Source: the human T2T-CHM13v2.0 reference genome, Homo sapiens
NCBI RefSeq assembly: GCF_009914755.1
Contig: NC_060947.1
DNA length: 64,000 nucleotides
Strand: one strand, 5' to 3'
The notes beneath the pieces are model-generated. The model did no database searches. It worked only from the letters and a program-made list of their open reading frames with translations, and had not been told where the DNA came from. This document shows, piece by piece, positions 13,850-25,110 of the stretch. The translations under genes were made by a program, and so were the position numbers. How positions within the stretch are numbered: position 1 is the stretch's first letter; every line of letters begins with the position of its first letter.

Positions 13850-14110
13850 AACATGAAACAGTTATTGAGTGTGTGCGATGTCTGGATACTATTCTAACCA
13901 ATGTGAATGCATCATCGCATTTAAACCTCGCAGCAAATTTAAGAAGTGAGTAATGTTATTATTCTTATCTTACAAATAAGAAAACTGAGAGATAAAAAGG
14001 TTAAGTAACTTGTCTAACATCACAGAATTTGGAAGTAAGAGAAATGGGTTTCAAAGTCTGGCAGTCTGATTCTAGAGCTTGTACTCCTAACCACTACATT
14101 ATACTGCCTG
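13850..14110 (-). mobile_element. MIR SINE
   Basis: TTACAAATAAGAAAACTGAG...AGGTTAAGTAACTTGTCTAACATCACA MIR core, reverse orientation. Confidence 0.85.
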
Positions 14111-14140
14111 ACAAAGATAAAAGAAACCCCTCTCTGTGAG

Positions 14141-15055
14141 CAGGGCTGGCTTCATGAGCATGTGATTGTACAAGACCTTGAGCTTAGGAGTGCTCTGCAC
14201 TTAAAGTTTAATGTCACTGTCTTGAAATTTTAAATAATTTGAATATTAGCATAAGTGAAATGCAAAATCCAATGGGACAATCGAGTATTCACTGGGAGTT
14301 TGGAATATCTGATAACACACAGTCCCACTTTTCACCACCTCTCCACTTCCCTGGGGTAGGTTTTTAGCTGTCACTCGCTTCTTTCTTAGTACTCAGGACC
14401 CCATCCAGCCTCCCCTTCTCTATCCTGCCCAGTAATAGCTACAACCCTCCACACAAGGGAACTGAGCCAGGGCACAAGGAGAATTGGGGTCATACACACT
14501 CTGCAAAATCTCACAGTTGGACATGATAACAGCAATCTGGCCCCAAGTGAGCAGTGTCATGGTGCATTTGGCAGGTTATCCAGCAGAGCCTATTGCCCAC
14601 TCCAATCCAGACACCTAGTGCATACTGTGCAGAAGTTGTAATACTCTTGGTGGTTGCCTGACCACAGTGGGTTGGGGCAGCCTGCCCATGGGAACGGGAT
14701 ATACCTGGTTTCACTTCCTCCATGCTGAACAGAGCATGATGCACCTATCTGTGCAGAAGCTGATATAAGGAAAAATCCAGTAACAAGTGAGTCATGCACA
14801 TGGGCAGCGAGTCACTGGGCAGAATCACTGCCCACTTATGAAGTTCTGCACTTGCTCCACAAATATCCCTGTGCCTGTGCAGGTGTGGCATTAAATAACA
14901 AAAACAGCATGGCAGGTTGAGAGAGAGACTGCAGAAGAGAGAAAAACAAAGCTTTATATCTGAGCACCTTTAATAGCACTTCTTCCTGTTTTTTTCAACA
15001 TGGAGCTTCACATTTACATTTTGCATTGGGCCTACAAATTATGTAGCTAGTCCTG
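14141..15055 (+). mobile_element. MER45-family (B/C-size) hAT-Tip100 DNA transposon, end to end
   Basis: Terminal inverted repeats CAGGGCTGGCTTCATGA and TTATGTAGCTAGTCCTG; MER45 subterminal sequences; decayed 8-bp TSD TCTGTGAG / CCTACAAG. Confidence 0.85.
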
Positions 15056-15294
15056 CCTACAAGGACACTCTATTACTAAAGAATTTTGCTATCCTCTGAG
15101 ATCTACCATTTCCCATATAGAAATGGTGAAGGCTGATGAGGCTGTAGTTGTCTCTGGTATTTCTAGGGCTGTTTGGAGGGTGGGGGACACTTCAACTAGC
15201 CAAAGAGATAGATGCTAAGTCAGTGTCTGCAATTCAGTCTGATAAGGCCCATTTTGTTCACCCTTCCAGCTTGTTAAGCATCACACAACATGAA

Positions 15295-15690
15295 AGGGCT
15301 GTAGTAGACAGTATTCTAAGGTCGTGAATCAGGAAATCTGAATGCTAATTCTGCCTCTGCCACTGACTAGCTGAGTGATCTCCAGAATGGTGCCTTTCCT
15401 TGGGGATGCTGTTTTCTCATTTGTGAAAAAAAGCAGATTTGATTACTCTAGTGTTTTCAAACTGTTCTTGAGTTTCTGTAGAGGTGCCTCAGGGATGGAG
15501 AAGTGAGTACTAGGCTATGGGTGCCCCATACTTTCTTCAGCCAAACATCTTCCACTTTCATGTTTTGTAAATTTTTGTTCTGTATTTAAAATTATTTTTA
15601 AAAAATCATTCCAATGCTTAAAAAATTAAAATCCATCAGTCTAAATTCTCACTATGGGCCCTTTCACCTCTGACTTCAGATTCTGAGAGT
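15295..15690 (+). mobile_element. MIR fragment with a nested hAT-Charlie MITE (about 15449-15640)
   Basis: TCTGCCACTGACTAGCTGAGTGATCT MIR core; TAGTGTTTTCAAACTG...GAGGTGCCTCAGGG Charlie-type start. Confidence 0.6.
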
Positions 15691-16029
15691 TTCTAATCAT
15701 GAACCTCACAAAGGAAACAAATGCACTTTTATTCCAGGAAAAAAATCTTCCATGTCCTTGAGCCAGTTACCAGAGAAGAGCAGAAATCCAGGGAGGACAA
15801 GGGATTGACCTGGGTAGTATTGAGCTGGAAGGTAAAAGCAATGAACAAAAAGAGGTTCAGATTCCTTATTTTGGAGCGACAGTGTCAACAAGAAACATCT
15901 GCCAAACCACAAGGACCATGTAGAAGCTGGTGTCCCAGGAGGTAAGATTTTCTACCTTTCCTCCATTGCACAACAAGCTATAACCATGCCTGGTGGAGAA
16001 AATGGATGAATAAGGAAGGTTAGCTGTGA

Positions 16030-16880
16030 GTGAATTTCAATTCTGCTAATGTTTTTTGAACCATTACCAGATAACCAGGCCCTGTGTGGGACCTAGGTGG
16101 GAGCCAAAAAAAAAAAAAAAAATGGCTCTATCCACTTAAAGGGTTTCAATCTAGGCAGACAAAACAGAATATCAGAAAATTGCACAAAGAATTTCATAAG
16201 AAGGGCAAGCGTCATAATGCTACAAAAGGCATGCAAAGTGCAATGGGAGAACAGAATATGCACACTCAGTTTCCTCTGAAATGTCAGGAAAAGCTACCTA
16301 GAAACGAAGATAGGATTTAAATTTGGATTTAGTAAATGAATAGAACTTGGACAAACAGGGCATGGAGAGATTTACATATCATATTTACGAGTTTCAAATT
16401 TATCTTATAGGCAAAGAGAGACGTGGAAATTTTAAGCAATTTGGAGGGTAGAAGAAGGCTGATGTGGTCGGATTTACATTTAAACCTCTGTGGTTGTTGT
16501 GTGAAAGTAGATTTCACAAAATCCGGGATGGATTCAGGGAGAAGGGTTAAAGGACCATTTAGCTAATCCTGGCAAAAAAAAAAAAAAAAAAAAAAAAAAA
16601 GAGTGTGCCAGTGATGGTGGAGGCATTTGTGAGGGAGAATTGACAGGATTTGGTGATTGACTGAATGTAGCGAGTGGAGGGAAAGGAAGTGTTAAGGGTT
16701 GACTCAAGTTTAGGGCTCAAAAAACTGGATGGTGCCATTCACATAGGTAGGGGACAAGGAAAGAAGAGCATCAGGTTTAGAAGGGTTCAATTTTTGAGAT
16801 AATAAATTTGAAGTGCCTGAGAAGCTACCAATTGCAGGTTCCAACTGGTAGTTGGATATAAGGATCTGAAGCTCTAAGGG
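16030..16880 (-). mobile_element. LINE-2 fragments
   Basis: GAATTGACAGGATTTGGTGATTGACTGAATG, GGATGGTGCCATTCAC and GTTGGATATAAGGATCTGAAGCTC L2 motifs. Confidence 0.75.
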
Positions 16881-18149
16881 AACTGGGTTTCACATGGCTA
16901 CCAAGTAAACCGCACTGCCACACTCAAAACTAGGGTTTAGGGTTTTTTGGAAGATGGCTACTAGGGCTATATAGTTTCTGGGAGTAGTAGAGGCAGAAGA
17001 AAAACTATTCTTAGAACTCAAAGATCCCTAGATTATAGATTAGGCACTAACCTAGATATAGATAAATGCTACTTTCTGCTTTTCCTTGCAGCTTGACCAA
17101 TTTGATTATTTCTCTCCAACTAGTTGTTTGATTTTGGTCACCTTCTCTTCTTTAGGCATTAGTTTTCTCATTTATAAAAGAGCTTAAGGTTTTGTATTAT
17201 TCATATATAAGATTGTAAGCTTATAAAAATATCTTGTTGTTCAATATATTTACACAAAATAGCAATATCCAGGAATTTCATGCAACCTTACAAATTCTGA
17301 GAATGAGTTAGCCATGGACTAATGAATTAATTGGGGTTTTATTTACACTTGCATTGTATGTTAGAAGTATATTCAAGAATAGCAATGGACTTGGCCCTGG
17401 TCCACTCAGAATTTGCATATAGAAAAATTATAGCTGCAATTCCGGCCTGGAGTTCCTACTAACCAATGATTCATTGTTCTTTACAAAGGATTTGCAAACT
17501 CTAATTAGTGAGCCCAATCTATTATTTAGCTATCACCCTATTTAAGATTCACCCCTACAAATCTCAATAATTGCACATGAGAATTCATGTATATGCTTAC
17601 ATTTTTAAGTCTCACAGTGCAGTGGTGGTAGAGCATTTGGAATAGAAACATTTAGAAGTGTCCTGAATCTTTATGACAGACACGTACTGAACTTAATTCA
17701 GTCTTTGGAGCACTAAGTAAATCCTCAATATAAGGACATGCATGGTACAGCAAAGTTATTTGCATCCCAGTTGTCATCCATGTTCTCTTCTATAACTTAC
17801 AGTCAAATTATATAGTTTCCTAACCTTGTTATCTTGGAATTATTTTAACTCATGACTAGGGTTATCACACAGGCTTACCACTCAAACTGACATATTTATA
17901 CTCACATACATATTTCCCTCCTAAATATTTCTTATCAGACAATTGTTTCATAAAATATATATTATTTTGTTTATATAATTTCTGCCTACGGTGTTGCTGT
18001 TGATCTAGACAACTACTTTTAAACAATTAGTTAGAGTAATTCAGTTTTTCTTAAGAAGACTTCATTTGCAGGCAAGAAAAACACTGTGAATAAAACCGTG
18101 AGCAAGTCTTCACAGAATATTTTGCATTTTTGAGACACTCAATAGAAGA

Positions 18150-19082
18150 TTAAGGACTATGTCTCAATGTTTTTCATAGGGCAACTTTCACTTCCTCATT
18201 TCTCAAACTATAGATGAGAGGATTTAACATGGGGATCACCATTGTATAAAATACTGACACAATCTGATTTCCTGCCCCGGATCCATGTCGCGAGGCGGGC
18301 AAGTAAGTGTACATAGTTGTTTCATAGTACAGGCTAACAGCAGTCAAGTGGGAGGCACAGGTGGAGAAGGCTCTCTGTTTTCCAGAAGCTAAGGGAATTC
18401 CTAGGATAGTCATGAGGGAAGACATGTAGGAGACAAGGATCACCACAACAGAGGTGACCAGGGTGAATCCCCCACAGCCAACCACCAAGATCGGGAGGTG
18501 ATCCAAGGATCTGAGCAAACCAGTACCAACAATGAGGGAATGTCACAGAAGAAGGCAGGGAGGACACATGGTTGACAAAGCGATAGTTGTGTGATGGAAG
18601 TTGTCACAGTGACCATCTTAACTAACCCACCAAGGTAGCATCCTGCTACCAAGAAAAGATAATGGCCTCTTGACATGGTAATGTGGTAGAACAGTGGGTG
18701 ACAGATGGCAGTAAAGCGGTCATAGGCCATGCAAGTTTAAAAAATTGCATTCAGCAGAGGCAAAGATTACAAACAAGCTCATTTAAGTTATACGGGAAAA
18801 GGAAAGAAACATACTGCAGCTTAGAAAACAAATGTGCTAAATTCTGTGGAATTGTAATGGAAGAGAAACAGACATCAAGGAAGGACTGATTAGAGAGGAA
18901 AAAGTACATGGGGTGTGGAGGCGGGAGCTGACTCTGATCAGAACCACAAGGCCTAGATTCTCCAACACAGTGATGATGTAAGCAATAAGAAAGACTCCAA
19001 ATAGCAGGACTTCAAGCTGAGAGTTATCTGTCATGCCGAGAAAGATGAAGTCAGTCACCATGGGTGAATTTTCCACTGGCAC
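18150..19082 (-). pseudogene. Olfactory receptor pseudogene, class II, OR5-like
   Basis: Motifs across frames: ENSPMVTDFIFLGMTD, LHTPMYF, MAYDRFTAICHPL, FFCDIP, QRAFSTCASHL, PMLNPLIYSLRNEEVK; start is GTG, there are several frameshifts and a premature TGA at 18174. Confidence 0.96.
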
Positions 19083-20284
19083 AAGCTGAGAATTATCCTT
19101 AAGTAGTTAAAAGTTCTTTAGACACTCTTTAAGCGAGAAAATAAGAGAAAACTGGATGATATGGATAAAATGATACCACACAAAACACACAAATCCACAA
19201 AATTCTCCAACCCTGCCTCTCATCTACATTCTTACTTTAAATAACTTCTCAAATATTATCACCATTTTCCAGGTATAACATTGAAAATGTAAATGCTGAA
19301 GGAAAAGGGGAGGGTGGGGAAAGAAGGTAAAAAAAAATTCAGAAATAAAAGGAACAAAGGGAAAAAAGTAAAAGTCTAGTCTGCAAAAGGTGTTTGATAA
19401 TATTTATTGAAGGAATGAATAAGTGAGGGAGAAAGAAAATGGGTGTCGTCAAGAGATGCTCTTTACTGAAACAGGACTACAAACTCTTAGAAAAAAAACA
19501 ATCCATGCTATGGAATTATATATCACTCTCTCTCCCTTTTCCAAATCATGCCCAAGGAATTATTGAAAATGAGGTAACAATAGGGCAAAAATGTTAACTC
19601 ATTCCATCTTCACAGATAGTTCCCCCCCTTTGAGTATTTGTGACATTATTTCTGAGACAGCAGAAGTCAATACTCACTATTCTGCTTGACCAGTAGAGTG
19701 CTTTCCAAGATCTTGATCATCATTTCACTGGTAGATTATTGCAGAAACCCTCATGCTCCTAAACGACCATAAGAAACTGAGCTCAAATTTGAAGGCATCA
19801 CTTGTATCCTGTGAAAGAGAAACCAAAGAATGACCAAACCCCTCAGAAATTATGTAGCTCCTGGCTGATCGTCACCTGCTGATTCCTCTAACCATGCTTG
19901 GGGCAAAGGTAATGCAGCTGTAAAACTGACTGTGAATTCTACAAGGACTTATTGAGCAGACATGTCTGAGCAAAGGACCAGATTGCACAATGGTTGGCAT
20001 CAGGTGCCACTGGGGCTAAGTGCATGGTCACTGTTCCTCTCTTCTATAGTGATAGATTATCTCTGATGCTGGCTTGCTGCCTCGAACAAATGCCCTGAGT
20101 GAAGTGCCAGATAAGAGAAGGGATGAGTCCACCTCCATTTATAAAATCTAAACTAACTCCGAGCCCCTATGGCTCACTGGACAGCCATCGGTAAGTGGTG
20201 TCTAGAAGGGATTGCTGTATTTGGCTATAGGTAGACGAGGGGACATTTGAGTCTCTGACCATTGGTTAAAAGGGCAATCTTGGA

Positions 20285-20480
20285 AACAACAGACACTGGG
20301 GACTCCAAATGTGGAAAGGAAAGGATTGGAGCAAAGGTTGAAAAACTACCTATTGCATACGAGGTTCACTAACTACATGATGGATTCAACTGAAGCCCAA
20401 ACCTCAGTGTTACGCAATATACCCATATAACAAATCTGCATATGTACCCCCAAATCTAAAATAATAAAAAAAGAAAAGAA
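20285..20480 (+). mobile_element. L1PB4-like 3' terminal fragment with A-rich tail
   Basis: AGACACTGGGGACTCC...GGTTGAAAAACTACCTATTG...GAAGCCCAAACCTCAG...ATGTACCCCCAAATCTAAAATAATAAAA. Confidence 0.8.
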
Positions 20481-20524
20481 AGCCATTGCTGTTTCCATTC
20501 ACCATAAGACACAGGTTCTTTACT

Positions 20525-20740
20525 TGGCAGTAAAATAACCAATTCTGGAGCTATAAGAATCTCTTTGAATCCTGGATCGGGAGATCACTGGCTCTGTAAC
20601 CTAGGACTTAACCTATCTAAACTTGAATTTACAAATCTGTAAGGGAGGGGCACTAGTAGAACGTATGTCACTGGACAATTGTGAAGATTGAATAAAGTAT
20701 TGTAAGTAAAGCACTTGGCACATGTTAGATGCTCACTGAT
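20525..20740 (+). mobile_element. MIR SINE
   Basis: Degraded MIR core and 3' end (GTAAAGCACTTGGCACATG). Confidence 0.6.
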
Positions 20741-20920
20741 TCCTACTTTCTCCATTCCTTCATGACCACTCCCATTTACTACTTTTTTTCTCCCTATTTT
20801 ACCAAATGGAAGCAGAGGTATTATGTGTCCACATTATTATTATTTTAGATGGACAGAAGTGAACCTTTGACAGACTAGCTGAAGTATACTGAAGTATAAT
20901 TTCCATACTCCACTCCCTAT

Positions 20921-20932
20921 TACACACACGCG

Positions 20933-20989
<57 letters not shown>
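20921..20989. repeat. Compound microsatellite (AC)4(GC)n(CA)15(GA)n
   Basis: Read directly: TACACACACGCGCGCGCGCG then 30 nt of CA then GA repeats. Confidence 0.97.
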
Positions 20990-20990
<1 letters not shown>

Positions 20991-21199
20991 CTTTGCTCAG
21001 AATGGATGAAAGAAGGGTCTTTCACTTGTGATGGTAATTCACTCATTTTTGCTCTACCCAAACTGTGAGTGTTAACTTCCGCTGCCGCTGCAGCTGCTCC
21101 TGCTGCTACTCAACACAGCACCCCACCCAGGGGAACATTCAGCAACTTACACGATTAAATGGAAAGACTCAGGGAGAAAATTTGGGGCTGAATGAAGGT

Positions 21200-23110
21200 T
21201 ATGGAAAGAGAACTGTTTTCAGAGACAAAGACATGAGTTCTAGTCCTGGCACTAATTAATTTGTATTGTCATTCAGCTATAGAAAAGCCACTTAACCTCT
21301 TTGAGCCCCATATTTTCTCATCTAGAAAATGGTAAAAAAAAAAAATACCTACTATGCCTCTCTTTTAGGGTTGGCATGATAAGATAATGAATGTGAAAGC
21401 ACTCTGTAAACTCTGAAGGGTGATACAATACACATGGAATGGATCCCTATTATTATTCCATCATGGAAGGTGGGAGAGGGAGGAGGAAGATGGCAAGATG
21501 ATAATTTTCTGTTGCCTCCTCCAGTTCCTGCTTACAGAGTTGCACTCTTTGCCCTCCCACACACCCCCTACACACACATCATCTGCTCTGCCTCTCTACT
21601 GTGAAAGTTTCAACCTGGGAGGCTTGAAACAAACAGCTCTAAGCTGTTCACTTATATTGTATCGTAAAAAATAATTTTTAATGTTAGTTTCATGTTCTTG
21701 TATCATTTTAAAAATTTCCCATTTTAGGATAACTCTATTTCTTGATGTTCCCATGCTCTGCAGGTATTTAATAAATAAATATTATTTCAAAGAGTAAGTG
21801 ACTCTCTATTAGCCCCTAAAACATGATGAAATCTTTTTTATAAGACAGAATTTCTTGTTCTTCCCAAAGGAAATAAACAGACAAAATTATGACTTTATGA
21901 AGGAAATGATTTGATATTCCCATTCCCATGTGCCACTGCATTCACTAGTGTCATGATAGCAGCCAGAACAGTTTTATTATTATTTTGGCTAATGTATCTT
22001 GGATGTTTACCTGTTGGAAATAATCAAGCACTCCTATTTATTGAAGAAGTGACCCTTCATGTTTTTAAAAAGTGAATTCATGTATTTGTCCCTGGAAGCA
22101 ATTATATTATTTTCAGTACTGGTTCTTAAAAAAAATTGATTACCCCTTTATCAGTTCTTTAGTTATGTAGTTCACTGTGAATCTTCTAAAAATAGCCTAA
22201 CATTTAGAATTTAAGTAAAGGTTCACTTATTTACCTATTCAATAAAATTTCTTCAGTGGTTAATAAATGTCAGGCTTCCAAAATATCATCTATTCCTATC
22301 CGCCCATTTCCGGGTGAAGAAACAAACAAGTCCAGAGAGGTCAAGGGACTTGCTGGAGACCTCACAGTGAATTAGCGACAGAGCTGGTGTTGGAACCCAG
22401 ATCTCCTGACCTAATTCAGTGACTTTGTAACACTATCTCTCTTCTTTCTTATTTTCTGAAGTTATTCTGGAGCGGACTTTCACCTTTGGTATATTTATTC
22501 TTCCAATAACAGATAAAAGGTCATTCTCTGTCACTGTGTTTGAGCTATATGATCTTGAGCAAATTGCTTGCTCTTTTTGGGTCCTAGTTTCTTCATCAAT
22601 AAAATGGAGCAACTAGACTAGGTGGTCTCTGAGGCTCTTTCCAGCTATGAGCTCTAATTTCCTATGGCTCTGTGAGTCATACTGTACACAGATCACTGAT
22701 TATTCTCAACACCTAATAGAGAAGCTGGGAGAGCAAATTTCTGTGGTCTATGCTATACAAACCACTCCACCTTTCTCTGCTCTTTCAGCCCTCACTGCAT
22801 CAGAAATGTCATATTTACTTTCGGTCTCTGTTCAAGGAACTAAAGACCACTGAGGGAAGAGCATGGGAGGGATGTTTTCCAAATTTCCTAACTACCTTAA
22901 GGCAGAAAGAACATGGTCAAAGATCTTGTCAAAGCATCCAGGCACATCCTAATAGTATGATTGGGCAAACTGCTCAACCTCTTTGCCATCAATTTGCTTG
23001 TCTAAAATGGAAATAATGTTACCTAATTTACACGATTATTTTGATGATTAAATAAGACAAAATACATAAAGTGCTTAACTGATATCTAGGTGCTTAATAA
23101 ATGTTGCCTT
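21200..23110. mobile_element. Several MIR fragments (about 21200-21430 +, 22300-22430 -, 22520-22680 +, 22950-23110 +)
   Basis: Repeated MIR cores such as CACTTAACCTCTTTGAGCCCCATATTTTCTCATCT and CCTAGTTTCTTCATCAATAAAATGG. Confidence 0.7.
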
Positions 23111-23129
23111 TGCTGCTCCTCCATTTTTA

Positions 23130-23700
23130 TGGTATGATTCAACTTAGATAAAATGTCCAGAAATAGACAAATCTACAGAAACAGAAGGCAGATTAGTGGT
23201 TACCAGGGTCTTGAAGAGTGGTACAGGAATGGGTGGCATGGAATTTCTTTTTCAGGTGATGAAGATGTTCTAAAATTGATTGTGATGGTGGCACACCACT
23301 GAATATACCAACAACTATTGAACCACATACTTTTTTTTTTTTTTTTCAGATGGAGTCTCACTCTATCAATCACCCAGGCTGGAGTGCAGTGGTGTGATCT
23401 CAGCTCACCACAACCTCTGCCTCCTGGGTTCAAGTGATTCTTCCACCTCAGCCTCCTGAGTAGCTGGGATTACAGGTGCCTGCCACCAGGCCAGCTAATT
23501 TTTGTATTTTTAGTAGAGGTGGGGTTTCACCATGTTGGCCAGGCTGGCCTCAAACTCCTAACCTCAAGTGATCCACCCACCTCGGCTTCCCAGAGTGCTG
23601 GGATTACAGGCGTGAGCCACCACGGCTGGCCTGAATTGCATACTTTAGATGTGCGAATTGTATGGTATTTGAATTATATCTCAATAAAGCTGTTACCAAA
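23130..23700 (+). mobile_element. L1MB/ME 3' end interrupted by an Alu
   Basis: GCAGATTAGTGGTTACCAGGG, GGTGATGAAGATGTTCTAAAATTG, GAATTATATCTCAATAAAGCTG. Confidence 0.85.
23334..23631 (-). mobile_element. AluS (Sx/Sz-type)
   Basis: Full Alu with CCTCAAGTGATCC; decayed TSD TGAACCACATACTTT / TGAATTGCATACTTT. Confidence 0.95.
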
Positions 23701-23859
23701 AAAGAATCATGATGAATATTGGGGGAAAAAAGGGTTTATTATAGATCAGTCATCCTTGGATACATCTAATCTACTGACCTACAGCAGAGTTCTGGTAAGC
23801 ACTGAATGAGATTATCAATTTAAGAGTACTTTGAAAAATTTAACACTGACAAAAGAAAT

Positions 23860-25110
23860 GTATTCAGATGATAAAATCATAATTGGAGAAATAAAGAAAG
23901 ACATGAATAAATGGAGACACAGTACTCCTGATGGGCAAGGCTAAAACTGTGAGAAAGACAGACAATACTCTTTAAGTTAATGTATAGACTTAATGCAATA
24001 CCAACTAAATATTCTACAGGATACTTTACAGATCATGACAAACTTATAGTGAAATTCATCTGGAAGAATAAAAAGACAAAGATGCCAAAATATCTTCTTT
24101 TGTGTAATGATGGTAGATAGTCTCTCAGGTTTTAAACTTTATTACAAAGCCACACATATACAAAGACTCTTTGGCATTGGGTCAAAAGCAAAAATTGATC
24201 AAGGAATAGTGTATTTTAGAGAAAGAGAGCCAAACTCTTATATTAAAAAAATTTTTTCTGGTAGGCTAAAACACACACATAAAGGGAGCAAAAACAAGTA
24301 AATGCTATTGGGAAAATTAGTAAGAAAAGTGAAGCTGAATATGTAACACATCATATGCTTTAATAAAATTCAGATAGATTAAAAGTTAAACATAAAAATC
24401 TAAGCGTGAAACTAGGAAAAGAAAAACATAACAGCATTGTTTCTCTAGCTATTGTGGCCATTGAAAAAAATGAGGTGTCATCAAAGCCAGAATGATGTGT
24501 TCAGAACCAGGATGGTGGGTTCAAATATATGACTAAAAATCTTTTGCGTGCTGTACTATAGTAAAATGAAGATCAAAAAAGAAATAATCAAAAGGGAAAA
24601 ATATGCTGTGAGCAGAACTTTTATTAGGCTGGTGCAAAAATAATTGTGGTTTTTACCATAAAAGTAATGGCAAAAACTGCAATTGCTTTTGCACCAGCCC
24701 AATAAAACACACTAGTCAAAACAAATAAAGAAATAATAAAACATATAAGATCAATGTATGAAGCTCACTTGATACATTCTCATGGTCAAAGAGAATGGAT
24801 AGCATGCGCAGTAGAGAACGCATTGAGTATAAAATTACATAACAAAACATACAACTTCAGCAAAACACAAATTAAAACACAAAGCTTTCCCCAACTTGGC
24901 AGGCATGTATATAATAAAGACAACTGTTTGTTAGGAAATAGGTAACCATGTAAATTATTACTGGCAATGTTCATTTCCAGAACATATTATAACAATTTGC
25001 CCAGGTAATTTCATTTAGATATTATATCTTTCACTTCCAAAGATATAAAATAAATGAAAATAAGTTATGCAAAAATGTTCATTATGTTGCTATTTAAATA
25101 TTCATCTACT
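23860..25110 (+). mobile_element. Very old L1ME ORF2 3' region
   Basis: GAAATAAAGAAAGACATGAATAAATGGAGA, GAAATTCATCTGGAAGAATAAAA, AAACTTTATTACAAAGC. Confidence 0.7.
24624..24702. mobile_element. MADE1 (Hsmar1-derived mariner MITE)
   Basis: 79-bp near-palindrome TTAGGCTGGTGCAAAAATAATTG...CAATTGCTTTTGCACCAGCCCAA flanked by TA at 24622-24623 and 24703-24704. Confidence 0.95.

Noticed and set aside
16574-16600. Long A tract as the tail of a retrocopy
   Set aside because: Lies within an L2 remnant with no upstream insert or TSD
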